Assembly (NCBI GenBank): GCA_965235115.1
Contig: OZ249436.1
Span: 32,304,001-32,368,000 of the forward strand
Direction of reading: 5' to 3'
DNA length: 64,000 nucleotides
DNA from: Laetmonice hystrix
Taxonomy: Eukaryota
The position numbers and the translations under genes are program-made. Below the pieces are notes generated by a model that worked only from the letters and a program-made list of their open reading frames with translations, did not search any database and was not told the origin of the DNA. Of this stretch, positions 50,101 to 60,491 are shown in pieces. Numbering within the stretch: position 1 is the stretch's first letter; each line of letters starts with the position of its first letter.

Positions 50101-52811
50101 ATAAATAGCTACCTAGATAACTCTTACCTGGGGCAATGGTGTTATCAGTTACGATGACATCAAGTATAAGCATACACCGGTGGTGAAACAACCAAGGCTT
50201 CTATTGCTGTCTCCGTGTTAAAGTGAATGTGATGGAGTTTGCTTGAGGAGAGACACATTGTCCAATAACTCGTAACATTCGGACATCTTGGTAGTAAAAA
50301 AACCCGTTGGTGACTCGGGAGTAAAATATGGAGGTGGGAGTTAACTTGGAATGGCTTACCAGCTTTAAAAAAACGGATGCTATTGAATATACTTTAGCTG
50401 AAGGAATACCGTTCACGTCCATAACGTGGAAAAAAAGTAGGTATGGATCATAACGAACCCGTGTATATTAACCCGATCGGAGGGTCACGGAAAGGCCCCC
50501 AAAATGCAAGGTTTTGTCGCGATTTTATCACGAAACTTCCATACATGATATATGGCTCCGACTGCCCGACCATCCAATATCTGAGATTGCTGAGTCGGTT
50601 GAGGTTTTAAACATAAATGATCCTACTATACAGGGTGTATAAAAAAAAGTAAGCCTATACGCTTAGAAAGAATTCAGAAACAAATCTTTCATTATTTACA
50701 GCAAATCCATCCAGACATATTGGTGGACGTCGGTTTCTGATTGACTTTGAGCCCTTGCAATTTTTGTGCGCAAGGTAATTTTAACAAGGTTTGCGAAACT
50801 GGCCCCTGTTAAGACAGGCGTGACATGCCGTACATGATCATGATATTAATAATAAAAGTGTGAAACCTTCCTCTCCCAGTATGTCTGGACCGATTTGCTG
50901 AAAAAAAATGAAAGGTTCGTTTCTTGTTTTTTTTTTTACTTTTTTTTAATTCACCATAACAGTATCATAACTGTTAAACCAGCAACATTTTAGAGATATA
51001 GATATAGGCAACGACCGCCCATTGTTACGTTTAATGTTAGGTTGAAAGGATGAATCCTGTGTCCAGAATACAGTAAAATATCACATTTTGAGGATCAAAT
51101 AGGAATTCCTACGAATGTTCCGAATGAGTCGTACTATTGGCGAGTCTAGCCCTCATCTACCGTACCGTGCTGTCGTACTCCTTATTGGGTAAAAAATCAA
51201 ATATTGCACAGTCATTTCCAGCCACTATGTACGTGTAAGGGGAAAGTATTATTGCAAAAAATCGTAACTGTCGTATTCTGCTGGAGCACAGGATTGAATG
51301 CCTGCTGCACATGGCGGATTTCAACATTTTATACTTGTAAGTAAAAGTCATAAAAAGTAGGCCTAGAATATTTCAACACCAAGATTGGATTTTTAGACTG
51401 TAGAGACAATGATGTTCGGTCCTTAAGTCACGTTACAACACGGAGAGGTCGTGTAAATGTTCTGGGTAACAAAATATCCACAAAACTTGCATGAAAAGGT
51501 GAGGGGCCCATCCAGGATATCTGAGAACTATAACACTATATGCCTACACCTATTTAAATTTGGTGAAAGGCCACGTACAATGTATATGTTTTTGTAAATT
51601 CGTGACATTTAAGTTAATCATGTATGCTGCACGGACTGTAATCGAGAAATGCCACTAAAAGGACAAAAGAGTTAGGTTTCCGGGGAGGTTTCAGTCTTCA
51701 GCGTATATAGCATAATGCAACCCCTGCATGCTTGCATTATTTCAGTGTAGGTGTAACGCCGAGTCGTAGTCCTACACCTTCTTAAGGCCTATTCATCTAA
51801 ACAGCCACTATAATGATCAGAGACGCCAAACGTTCTGACTATAGAGCGGATAACTCTGTTGTAATTTGCCTATAAAATTATATTTTACAGAATTGAAAAG
51901 GTAATCGAAGACCTGGAGCAAATAAAGGAACAGGTGAGCGCTCAGTCGCCCTCACCGTCTGAGAAAGAGGAAGGTCCCGTTCTATCAAACAGCATGGAAC
52001 CTCCACCACACCTAACCAGGTTAGTCCGAACTTATTTCATTACTTCCAGGAAACAGAAGCTACACTTTAACGTACTCTTTTTTTTTTCTTAAAAGTCAAA
52101 CAGTGGGCCTATCTATCCGCGCTTGGTTTTTGATGTATCTGAGGCAACTACCCTTTTAGAATGAGGTATAGGCCTACTTATCATATAATGAACGTGTATT
52201 TTCTGAAAAGAAATTAAATACCATAAGGGAAGCCTGTGAATAATTAATAACCCAAAGTATTCCTTCAGAAATTCTGAAAGCAATTTTTCTTTTATTTATT
52301 AATTAACCTGACGCTGGTGAGACCCCCTTGTTAGTCTTTGTTTTACTATTTTTGTCTACTTTTTTTCGAAATCCCGAGTCCGCCCCTAAAGATTTGCTGT
52401 ACCCTTTTTACCCCCCCCCCCCTTTTCCAAAATTCTGAATCCGCCCCTAAAGGTTGTTACATGAGGAGGTGATTGACGTGTTACAGCCCAGCTGACAGTG
52501 CAGACCTACGAGCTCTCCACCGCTACGTTCAGGATCTAGACGGGAAGCTCATGTTACACATGAAAGCCATGAACCAGGTGCTGGAGGTCCTCGGTCAGTT
52601 TAAACACAGCTCGGACGTCACTGCTACCTCCGTCCCGGCCGGCTTTTGGGAACAGCCGGGGTCCGGGCCAGGGCCCACGAACACTGTCTCCGTGTCACAG
52701 TCGACATCCCCCAGCAGTAGTACTCGTAGTTCCCGCCATTTGTACCCCAGGCCTGCTGAGCCACAAATTGAAATCCAAGATATTGGCACAGACCCTGAAA
52801 GGCACACTTAA
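12136..52811 (+). CDS. TRPM: Transient receptor potential cation channel, subfamily M (TRPM2-like, lacking NUDT9-H), 27 coding exons, ~1754 aa
   Basis: 27 phase-consistent exons sum to 5265 nt. Motifs: [63 protein letters not shown] (S2), WNRFD (S3), [19 protein letters not shown] (pore), [12 protein letters not shown] (S6), WRFYRY (TRP box), then a coiled coil. Confidence 0.95.
15541..15780. repeat. 23-bp minisatellite, ~10 copies
   Basis: unit agttgagtccctcatcccattat. Confidence 0.95.
16027..16106 (+). CDS. TRPM: TRPM exon 2
   Basis: ttgtag|[26 protein letters not shown]|gtaagt (TRPM 'KREC' region). Confidence 0.9.
16296..16479 (+). CDS. TRPM: TRPM exon 3
   Basis: [12 protein letters not shown]...WNPDVHT...DSYGTIAF...|gtcagt. 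Confidence 0.92.
16748..16937 (+). CDS. TRPM: TRPM exon 4 (MHR1/SLOG)
   Basis: YIRLD...[14 protein letters not shown]...AATST|gtaggt. Confidence 0.95.
16950..17142. repeat. Compound (CT/CTGT)n microsatellite
   Basis: directly visible, just after the exon 4 donor. Confidence 0.95.
17314..17480 (+). CDS. TRPM: TRPM exon 5
   Basis: [14 protein letters not shown]...[10 protein letters not shown]. Confidence 0.95.
17830..18037 (+). CDS. TRPM: TRPM exon 6
   Basis: [30 protein letters not shown]|gtaagt. Confidence 0.95.
19410..22220. repeat. 36-bp minisatellite (~50 homogeneous copies, 35/40-bp variants) with a degenerate ~41-bp left end
   Basis: unit gttaagtgacagggatggttactggagaggttggat. Confidence 0.95.
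19662..20265. mobile_element. Kolobok-like non-autonomous element inserted in the minisatellite
   Basis: TTAA flanks at 19658-61 and 20266-69; TIR agagacgcgtcac / gtgtcgagtccct. Confidence 0.75.
22275..22437 (+). CDS. TRPM: TRPM exon 7
   Basis: [11 protein letters not shown]...[13 protein letters not shown]. Confidence 0.95.
22952..23117 (+). CDS. TRPM: TRPM exon 8
   Basis: gtcag|(D)GDEDKND...CLQHRHL|gtgggt; phases fit. Confidence 0.88.
23440..23515 (+). CDS. TRPM: TRPM exon 9 (GC donor)
   Basis: LTVFHID...[11 protein letters not shown]|gcaagt. Confidence 0.92.
23928..24034 (+). CDS. TRPM: TRPM exon 10
   Basis: [19 protein letters not shown]. Confidence 0.95.
24244..24378 (+). CDS. TRPM: TRPM exon 11
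   Basis: [18 protein letters not shown]...[11 protein letters not shown]. Confidence 0.95.
24628..24900. mobile_element. Tc1/mariner-type MITE
   Basis: TA|aagggtgtcc...ggacaccctg|TA. Confidence 0.75.
25860..25925 (+). CDS. TRPM: TRPM exon 12
   Basis: ttttaccag|[22 protein letters not shown]|gtcagt, phase 0-0. Confidence 0.8.
25920..26716. repeat. ~66-71-bp minisatellite, ~12 copies, starting inside exon 12
   Basis: unit gtagaggtcagtatgtgtcatactaccccgccctgtcaggttgttgtgttattgatgtgatgggagggag. Confidence 0.95.
29317..29532 (+). mobile_element. Degenerate tRNA-SINE
   Basis: B-box-like gatttgaatccc, core gtgggttttcgccaggtaatccgctttcctcc, tail ggcgtaaaac. Confidence 0.5.
29585..29714 (+). CDS. 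TRPM: TRPM exon 13
   Basis: ccttccag|SSGLSV...[12 protein letters not shown]...NLYK|gtgcgt. Confidence 0.88.
29720..29815. repeat. (CTT)n-like pyrimidine microsatellite
   Basis: directly after the exon 13 donor. Confidence 0.9.
30471..30515. repeat. Short inverted repeat / mini-MITE
   Basis: catagatatcccataata ... tattatgggatatctatg. Confidence 0.75.
30582..30755 (+). CDS. TRPM: TRPM exon 14 (low-complexity insert)
   Basis: cttgcag|SKFVVDD...AALHK|gtacgt, phase 1-1. Confidence 0.82.
31103..31278. mobile_element. PIF/Harbinger-like MITE
   Basis: CTG|ggcccggtttttagtt ... aactaaaaaccggggc|CAG with internal attggctg/ccaatcag inverted motifs; a related remnant lies at ~46230-46333. Confidence 0.65.
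33397..33631. mobile_element. hAT-like MITE (second copy at ~48878-49100)
   Basis: gggggatcca...tggatcccccact termini; shared interior ttagattttccttctttttt...gatgaagatg and gccgagc...gcgaggc. Confidence 0.7.
33683..33841 (+). CDS. TRPM: TRPM exon 15
   Basis: [25 protein letters not shown]. Confidence 0.95.
34951..35050 (+). CDS. TRPM: TRPM exon 16
   Basis: [16 protein letters not shown]...|gtaagt. Confidence 0.92.
35199..35424 (+). CDS. TRPM: TRPM exon 17
   Basis: AVGVLNECY...WGGLT...[17 protein letters not shown]. Confidence 0.95.
35885..36031 (+). CDS. TRPM: TRPM exon 18 (pre-S1)
   Basis: [16 protein letters not shown]...KNQ|gtacag. Confidence 0.88.
36050..36285. repeat. Degenerate ~31-bp tandem repeat
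   Basis: unit ~accaatcaccaactcgacaaacggttcttgt. Confidence 0.8.
36514..36753 (+). CDS. TRPM: TRPM exon 19
   Basis: ...[13 protein letters not shown]|gtgcgt. Confidence 0.9.
37515..37985. repeat. 28-bp minisatellite, ~16 copies
   Basis: unit tttatgggagataagacgtggtacctca. Confidence 0.95.
38124..38264 (+). CDS. TRPM: TRPM exon 20 (S1-S2)
   Basis: [14 protein letters not shown]...EEIRQ|gtaaga. Confidence 0.95.
38768..39274. mobile_element. Kolobok-like non-autonomous element
   Basis: TTAA|aggggcatattatg ... catagcatgcccct|TTAA. Confidence 0.75.
40258..40512 (+). CDS. TRPM: TRPM exon 21 (S3-S4)
   Basis: WNRFD...YFLRFMQFF...[10 protein letters not shown]|gtaagt. Confidence 0.95.
40817..40991 (+). 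CDS. TRPM: TRPM exon 22 (S5-pore)
   Basis: [12 protein letters not shown]...[15 protein letters not shown]. Confidence 0.95.
41609..41768 (+). CDS. TRPM: TRPM exon 23 (outer pore-S6)
   Basis: DCST...RCPE (pore cysteine pair), [12 protein letters not shown]. Confidence 0.95.
41984..42171 (+). CDS. TRPM: TRPM exon 24 (TRP domain)
   Basis: [13 protein letters not shown]...PPLIIL. Confidence 0.95.
42439..42571 (+). CDS. TRPM: TRPM exon 25 (rib helix)
   Basis: [13 protein letters not shown]...KVSSATE|gtaagg. Confidence 0.92.
43887..44010. repeat. GC-rich hairpin / palindromic MITE
   Basis: ttcactaagcgcgtcggaccgtccgaccggtgacggacc ... ggtccatcaccggtcggacggtcggacgcgcttagtgaa. Confidence 0.85.
48066..48370. 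repeat. 60-bp tandem repeat, 5 near-identical copies
   Basis: unit actgccaaaaccatggaaggaaccatgttgatatcaagttgtcattttgtgctccgtaaa. Confidence 0.95.
48878..49100. mobile_element. hAT-like MITE, same family as 33397-33631
   Basis: gggggatccac...cctggatcccccact. Confidence 0.65.
49692..49850. mobile_element. Short MITE with CCCTAA-like interior
   Basis: gattggctggtac ... gataccgcagccaatc. Confidence 0.5.
50631..50958. mobile_element. Degenerate Tc1/mariner-type palindromic MITE
   Basis: TA|cagggtgtataaaaaaaagtaa; internal cagcaaatccatccagacata / tatgtctggaccgatttgctg inverted arms. Confidence 0.55.
51891..52019 (+). CDS. TRPM: TRPM exon 26 (coiled coil)
   Basis: ttttacag|(R)[14 protein letters not shown]...HLT|gttagt. 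Confidence 0.85.
52487..52811 (+). CDS. TRPM: TRPM terminal coding exon 27
   Basis: gttacag|(S)PADSADL...DPERHT-TAA; phase 2 fits exon 26; AT-rich 3' sequence follows. Confidence 0.82.
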
Positions 52812-55800
52812 AACGCTCATATTATACCTTGGGAAAGAGACGAACATGGTTGTGTTTTATGGTTTTAAAAAATAATTTGTTATTTATTTATTTATTTATT
52901 TATTTATACCACTTCCACAAGTACAGTTGGTTTATGGACTAAACCAATGTATAAAATAATTGCCTTAGTACATTTTATAATTGATATAAAATGATGCAAG
53001 CCAATTTTTCTTTATTTCACTAACCAACTTGTTGTATATTGTGTCCTTAGTATTTCTCAGAGGCGGACGGTATACCTATAAAATAATTTCTTTCGATATC
53101 CAATGGGCATCGTGTATTCGTGAAGTTTCTTCATAAAATAACATGCCTCGCCTGCTCCGGTCATTGATATGCCTTCTAATTCATTCATCAATAATGAGTA
53201 TATGTCAAAGTTATCTCCTTCACTGATTTCATTTCTTAAATTTGTTTTATTGCATATCACATATATCGGGTGAGCATAGAATAATTTGTCGAACTGTGAC
53301 GTTAAATATTTCAAAATACCCATGTCACAAGCTTCTTTGTGTTTCAAAAGTTGTTCAAGGCTTAGCTGCAAAAACGTCCTAACAGGTTTTACTTGGACAG
53401 GTGGTCATTAATTGGCCACACTTTTAATTTTGGTCTCGCGATTGGCATGTCGCCCATCGTTTGAACGTTGTGTTGATGTTGTAGAGCACACCTTCGGTAA
53501 CAGCAAAGAATCGTTTACGTTCTTCGGTAACAGTCCGCGACGAATGTAGCTCCAGAATTCGTGAAAAAATATCCGTGATTTGCCAGAGAATAATGCTGAC
53601 AATATTCGAAATCTATTTTCGCTAGTATAAATCGAGCGTAGGAATATGAAAAACAACTTCCAGCGTCTCGGAAGCCAAGTAGGTCATTTTCAGTGACTGA
53701 AATCAGATTTGGCGACTTTTAGAATTTTTTTTTATATAATACCTGCCAAGTTCACATAGAAAAGTATAGGGGAGCTTTGGATCATATCGGAGAACCGCAA
53801 TGCCGACACATTTTTGTGAAACGCCACGGAGGCCTATGACTTAAAATTCGTGAGATACTCTCTTTAAAAATGTAATGTTTACTGCTGTAATTTCTCAGAA
53901 GCTTGTGACATAGTTTTTGTTTAATATTTAACGTTAAAGTTCGACATGTTTTTTAATGCCCGCCCTATATTGACTTTTAAGGCGTGAATGCATGGTTCTT
54001 TGAAAACAACGATCAGTTTCAAATCCCATTTAGACTGCTCTGGCAAAACCTGTCGCCATATGCCTTGTCAACGTACACAACCTGAATGAAGCATGTGTCT
54101 CTTCTCAAAATCACAAACATAATCATGAAATTATCCAATTTGAAAATGGATAATGGACGAAGATATTGCAGGACAGTAAAGAATATACAGATTACAATAT
54201 GATTCTCTAATATGTATATTTGAATGCCTCTAATTGTAATGGTAGAGTTGAACGTTCCTGTGATAAATTGTGACTTGGAAGGATTCACAGCAAAGTTCCA
54301 AGGCCACATCACTGACTGTGCCTTTGAATACGACAGCACACAATATTCCCGGTACGGGTAAGCCTTACAAATAATGTGGTATAAGTTCCGGAGAAAATGT
54401 ACTGATGTATTTCTACTGATAACATCACTTTACCAAGAATATGTGAAACTCGTATTTCTCTTTCTGTGTAGCAAAACACTGTTTTTTTATACAATGCACT
54501 TTATACATGTAATATATATTGTAGGGCAGTGTTATATAGAGGTGCTTTGTTACTGCCCCCCCATATAAACTATTTCTGTAGGGCCTATTACTCAGCACCA
54601 GTGCCTGTTATAGGCCTAGGCCTAGGAGTATCCTCAAACCCACAAGAACATTTTTACGACAGTTCCTATGAAGCCCTATGTAGTCAGAGACTAACCACCC
54701 CGGTCATGTCGTATTTATGGTACAAACCTTTAGCCTCGGGAGGCATGGGCCAACTCTCTAATCTAACGTCCGCGTGGTAGCAAATTTCCAAGAAAGCCAG
54801 CCGACTAAGGACAGAATTTGTATAGGATACGACGATTGGCGCGTAGGGCGGCAGCGGCCTAAGTGCCGCCCAACGTAGTAATGACAAAACATGGATGTCC
54901 AATCGCTCAAGGCATACACAGATAGATGCCGTTTCTTCAAAGTTGGGGTTTTTAATGGATTTAAAATTACATTTTTTCTACCAGTTAACAGCAGGTTTTC
55001 AGCAGCGACTCATAGAAAGGGGATGTAGGCCGCCATTTAACCCGACCAGAAAATTGCCAAAGACATACAAGGTCAAGACTCCGTGGGATAACTTTAAACA
55101 TGTCCAGTTAACGCTGTATGTATACATGTAATTCTATCCCACCATTTTCACAAGACCACCTCACGGATATATGGCTGTCGATTTTACCTTTGGATTCTCA
55201 TAGATTTTTAGGATACGATTTCCTCCGGCTCCCTTGAAGCCTATGGCGATATTTGTGCCACTTCTTTTAATTGAAAAAAAAGGCAATAAGTATTCTAAAT
55301 TCAGTACTCTTAAAAAATTTAAATGTATTTTAAATAACCTGCTCCAGAACTGTATAGGAGCATCTTATATTGATATCTCGACCTACAGCTATAATTATAG
55401 ACGTAGATACAAATGTACATATATTGATAAAAAAAAGAGGCTTGGCCATCTCCCCCCCCCCCCAACAAAAATAAAATAAAATAAATAAATATAAATAGCC
55501 GAACTCGGTAAGGCCAGAACAGGCTCCGCACGAACAACCGTGACGGCACCTAGCGGTTACAGGAGAAATTAGATTCCAGTGAAGGGATGTTGCAATTTTA
55601 TAGTTGGTATTCTGCTATTCTGCTGTATAAATAAAGCTGCCAACAAAAATGCAGAAATCAAAGAATTAGTAATTTTTTTACTGCTCCACTGTACAATTTA
55701 TATCTCATCAATTTACGATCCACCGATGTCATGGATGGAAGATGTGCATTATTGTACGAGTGATAAAACTATTCGTGGAACCATGCATCTCTTCGTCAGT

Positions 55801-56624
55801 TATGATTGTTTAATTTACTCACAGCTCTTTCCCCAGTTAGCCCCCCCGCCCCCACACACACACCTAGCAGACGCATGGAGGAAAAATTAAATGAAATGTA
55901 GATCCTATAACTACATGTATAGGCGATTTATGTTAATATCCGCGATGGCAAACGTTATGAAAGTTATGAAAGTGCGGGGCAGAACCTTGAACTCAGTCAG
56001 GCACAGATCTAGGGGTTGCCCAGAGTGATCCGAACCCCTTACCGGCGTTATTTTGTCTTTATATAGGCTTATATCTCCTCCCCCTCCTCGGTTCGGAAAT
56101 GCTATAGGTGCGCCCCTGCTTAGGTACAGAGTAGAGTGTGTATTTGAGACCGCTCCCTGGATATAAACCTTGTCGTTATATAGCCATTGGTCAGACGACC
56201 AAAGTCCTAGTACTATTAGGTCGTGTCGAAATCTAGAACATTGTAAACTGGTTCAGTGTAATGTAACTCCGCGCGGCTGCATGCAGCTCTTGAAACTGAT
56301 GAGTGGCGGACGGTAATGTTTGCTCTTGCGGGTTCACGTACGCACATGTCCAGGGCCTTACAATTAACATGGAATACGGAATTTGTACTTTCCTTGTCAG
56401 GAATAACCCCCCCCCCCTTCCCCATTGGAGACGCAATCGTGATTATAGGGGTAATTATTTTCAGAAAGGATCTAGCTGGAATCTAGGATATCCTGGTAAC
56501 AGTTGGTACTCGTACTATACAATGAAGTTTGTATACAGTATTGATACCGTGTATCCTGGAGGAGTGCATGCAGGTCGCAAGACGACTATAGGCCTATTAG
56601 AGTAACTTAAACGTGCATGTGTGG

Positions 56625-57447
56625 ATGCGGGTCAATAAGGATAAGGACTTTAGGCGCGGGTTTGGGTCGATAGGAGCCGTGGGTCCGACTTGGGGGTCGG
56701 TAAATGTTGTGGGTACACCTGGGTCCGACTTGGAGGTCGTTAGGCCTAAATGTTGTGGGTGTGGGTTTGGGGTCAATAAGGGCTTTAGGCGCAGGTTTGG
56801 GTCGATAGGAGCCGTGGGTCCGACTTAAGGGTCGTTAGGCCTAAATGTTGCAATATGTGGGTGCGGGGTTGGGGTCAATAAGGACTTTAGGCGCAGGTTT
56901 GGGTCGATAGGAGCCGTGGGTCCGACTTGGGGGGTCGTTAGCATAGATATTGAAGCTCTTATTCGATGTCCATGATCGTTAGGCCTAAATGTTGTGGGTG
57001 CGGGTTTGGGTCGATAGGGGCCGTGGGTCCGACTTGGGTGTGGGTTTGGGTCGGTGAGGATGGGTTGTGGCTGAGGGTTTGCGTCGGTGAGGAAGGGTTG
57101 TGGGTGAGGGTTTGAGTCGGAGGGAGGACTGTGGGTGAGGGTTCGAGTCGGAGGGAGGACTGTGGGTGAGGGTTTGAGTCGGTGGGAGGGCTGTGGTTGA
57201 GGGTTCGAGTCGGAGGGAGGACTGTGGTTGAGGGTTTGAGTCGGTGGGAGGGCTGTGGTTGAGGGTTCGAGTCGGAGGGAGGACTGTGGGTGAGGGTTTG
57301 AGTCGGTGGGAGGACTGTGGGTGAGGGTTTGAGTCGGTGGGAGGGCTGTGGGTGAGGGTTTGAGTCGGTGGGAGGGCTGTGGGTGAGGGTTTGAGTCGGA
57401 GGGAGGACTGTGGGTGAGGGTTTGAGTCGGTGGGAGGGCTGTGGGTG
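56625..57447. repeat. G-rich tandem array: imperfect longer units, then ~12 copies of a 31-bp unit
   Basis: unit [31 protein letters not shown]; explains the Pro-rich ORFs in the track. Confidence 0.9.
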
Positions 57448-59605
57448 TGGCTGCACATCTTGCTCCGATCCAGATGCACGGGAACCTCCCGGTCTCCAAA
57501 GAAAATCGGTGGCCGACGTTTGAAAAATAGAACATGTTCCATGTAGGCCTATATATAGGTGATATAATAACAAAAACAAAGTCCATTCTGTTTAAATATG
57601 TCGCAGTGACCTCTCAGGACTTTGTATAACAAGTCAGATTTCCAATCGCCTTTATCTACGCATGCACCAAACATAGTTTGTTGGATTTGGCGGGGGCGCT
57701 ATCTTTCTTTGTCAATGTTAAGTATACGTATGCAGGTCTGTCACGTATAATACTGCAGATGGTTTAGATTGACACGAAATAGTCCAACCCGCATATAATT
57801 CCCACAGCTCCCACGTACAGGTCGAGGCTCATCCGCGAAGCGGCAAACTTTGGCCTCGCACGGAGATAGCCGAGAAACGGAAACCGTGTGGCGATCGGAT
57901 TAACAGGTCACATGGCGATCATTGCTTTCCGGGAACTACGGCATCAAATTGTTTATACGAGGGACGTGACCAAAATCATACCTGGCCCAGCCGACCTGGA
58001 CATCGAACAATTGGCCGGCAGTGGGAGATATAATGAGGAGCCGTGGAATTTTACCCTGCGGCTATAGGATGGAGGTGGGCACCCGCAGTGGAACGATAAC
58101 TCGCCAATTCGGTTTGATTTTATACGAGACGACAGAGTGACAGCGATTATCGATCAGAGAAATGCAGAACTCGATTATGATTATGTTACATTGTAAGATG
58201 TGTATGCACACACCTTATTTGCAATTTAAGACTTTCTAACCCTTAAAACCACTAAGACTATATATGTTGGGGGCCACATGGGTAATGCAATATTATTGGG
58301 AATCCGATTGGTAGTGGGAGGTGGGGAGCAAATTTAGTCCTGTTTGGTAGGTTTATTTTATCAAAACATTATTTATGTCCAAAAAGAGTACAGTCTGAGA
58401 GCATCCAAAAGTAGATTGGTTCTCTGAAAATGAATCGCGAAGAGAATTTGACGATACATTACAGGACTATTTTGATACATTATACATTTTGTGATACATC
58501 TTCCATATCAGCTATGTACTCTGTATACCTTGTTGAGTTCCAGATAAGGGAATGGTCATTATTTCGAATTTAGCCGTTTTGTTTTGTGCATGATTCCACG
58601 GAGGTTATAAATTAAGTCATTGGTGACCTTCGCTCCGAACTGCATGAGTCATGCGCGGCCTATCTCACCGTTTCCAGAAAAAGATATTAATGTCAGCTTT
58701 TCTCGGATGTCTGTCCGCCTGACATAGTGTATAACAAGTATGTACATCCATGTACATGGGGGCTACATATAATGTTTAGACTATACTATATACTATAATG
58801 TGTATGTGGCGCTGTGGGCATAGATAAACAATGGACCGCATCGTGTTTGGGGGTTTCATCCCGCGATATAATTGTTGATTTCACGCCATGTCAGCAACGT
58901 ACAAGGCCATCTTTACGGAAGGAGAAAAGAGAGAAAGAAAAAAAAAAAAGTACCAGAAAAAGGACTGAGTCGGAAAAAAACTAAATACGGACCCATTCCA
59001 TGAGATGTGAAACATAAGAACGCTTATAGATTTACGCAATACGCAAGGAGTGCTTATTTCCGTGTTTTAATATTATGACGGTGTACTGATGAAAATGTTA
59101 TATCTGTGGTTTATATAGAAATGGCTACTATATATCAGCGGTGATAGGTTAAATTTCTGTGGGGATTCGGGAGGAATGCCAAACCATTATAGATATTCAA
59201 CCTTCTTCCTTTACGCTTCAGTCCGCTTTTACCCAAAAATGAAGGGAGTAGAGGAAACTTGAAATTCTCTCTAAAAATGAAAGTACTAATAGACGTACAA
59301 TGTACGACAGCTCGTAAATCTCAAGGTTAGGTACAGTTTCCAAATCAAACCAGTCTCATGTTGGCCTGAAACCATCGAGGGGTGCAGTCGTCGAGGCCAT
59401 GTCCTTCACTTTGTGGGGATCATTGTAATCCCTTTCACCGCATGCATGCACCGCGTTACTGGCATGTGCACAGTGATGGATCCAACGGGGATGGCATTGG
59501 GGGGCACGCCCCCCCCCCGGCAAAATTAAGAACCTCCCCCCTTCGTATTTCTCAGGAAATTAGGCCTCCGGTGCTCACCCAGGTCCGGTGACCGGAAGTA
59601 GGCCC

Positions 59606-59785
59606 TATAGCCTATGAACATGCGATATAAGTTCATGTTCTGAGAACAGCGCTGAAATGCCGCAAAGACCTATAAACACGATAGGCCTATATATTCGGAT
59701 CTATTGATGCCCCTGTTTGGTATAGACATAAATTCGGTATAAGAAAAAGTGGGAACGCCAGTGCAAACCAATCAATATAGGCCTA
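59606..59785 (+). repeat. Dispersed direct repeat (partner at ~61729-61997, which has a ~65-bp extra segment)
   Basis: shared atgaacatgcgatataagttcatgttctg and gacataaattcggtataagaaaaagtgggaac. Confidence 0.85.
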
Positions 59786-60304
59786 ACCCCCCCCCCCCCC
59801 CCCAGCTAGGCGAAGCCCGCCCCCCCCCCCCCCCCCCCCCCAACGACCCCTCTGGATCCGCCCCTGTGAGATAATATATCTTCTGACATAATAAAGGATC
59901 AAATTTGTTGTTTTTAACTCTAGGTGGAAAGTCCCAGCATTTTTCAACACTTCTGGGTGGCTCCAGTTTCTTCCGCCTTTCGATATATACGTGTACACAC
60001 TGGTTCTGTGGGAGTAAATTAAGTTAAGGGGAAGGGCTATATATTTTACTCTCACCTTTTTACCTCCTATTCCTCGCTGAAATAGCTGTAGGACTAAGGA
60101 GTGTTGGGTATTTTACCAAACTTTACGAAACATTAAAGAAAACAAATCTATTGTAGGTCGAATAGGAATTCTGAACACATAACTTCCGACCACATTAAGG
60201 CAGAAGAAAATGTCCGCTTTCAATCGGTAGAAAACTTCCGGGCGGTTTCTTTATTGCGGAACAAACGTGATAAGCCTGTCAGCATGCAGCACATCTCAAA
60301 TTAA

Positions 60305-60491
60305 AGGAAATATCTCACCAATTTCAAGTCATACTTGCCGTTTCACAAAAATATGTCTACATTGCGGTTCTCCGATATGATCAAAAGTTCCCCTCCCTTT
60401 CTATGTGGACTTGGTGGTTATTATGTAAAATAAATTCTAAGAGTCGCCAAATCTGGAGATTCCGGTCGATCCGGTGGGTGAGACAATCCCT
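60305..60491. mobile_element. Short Kolobok-like element; inverted homologous end at 53704-53863
   Basis: TTAA|aggaaatatctcacc ... ggtgagacaatccct|TTAA; shares gatcatatcggagaaccgcaatg and cagatttggcgact with 53704-53863 on the opposite strand. Confidence 0.75.

Noticed and set aside
56825..57586. 253/206/185-aa Pro/Thr/Ser-rich ORFs
   Set aside because: Open in all three minus frames because the C-rich repeat strand lacks stops
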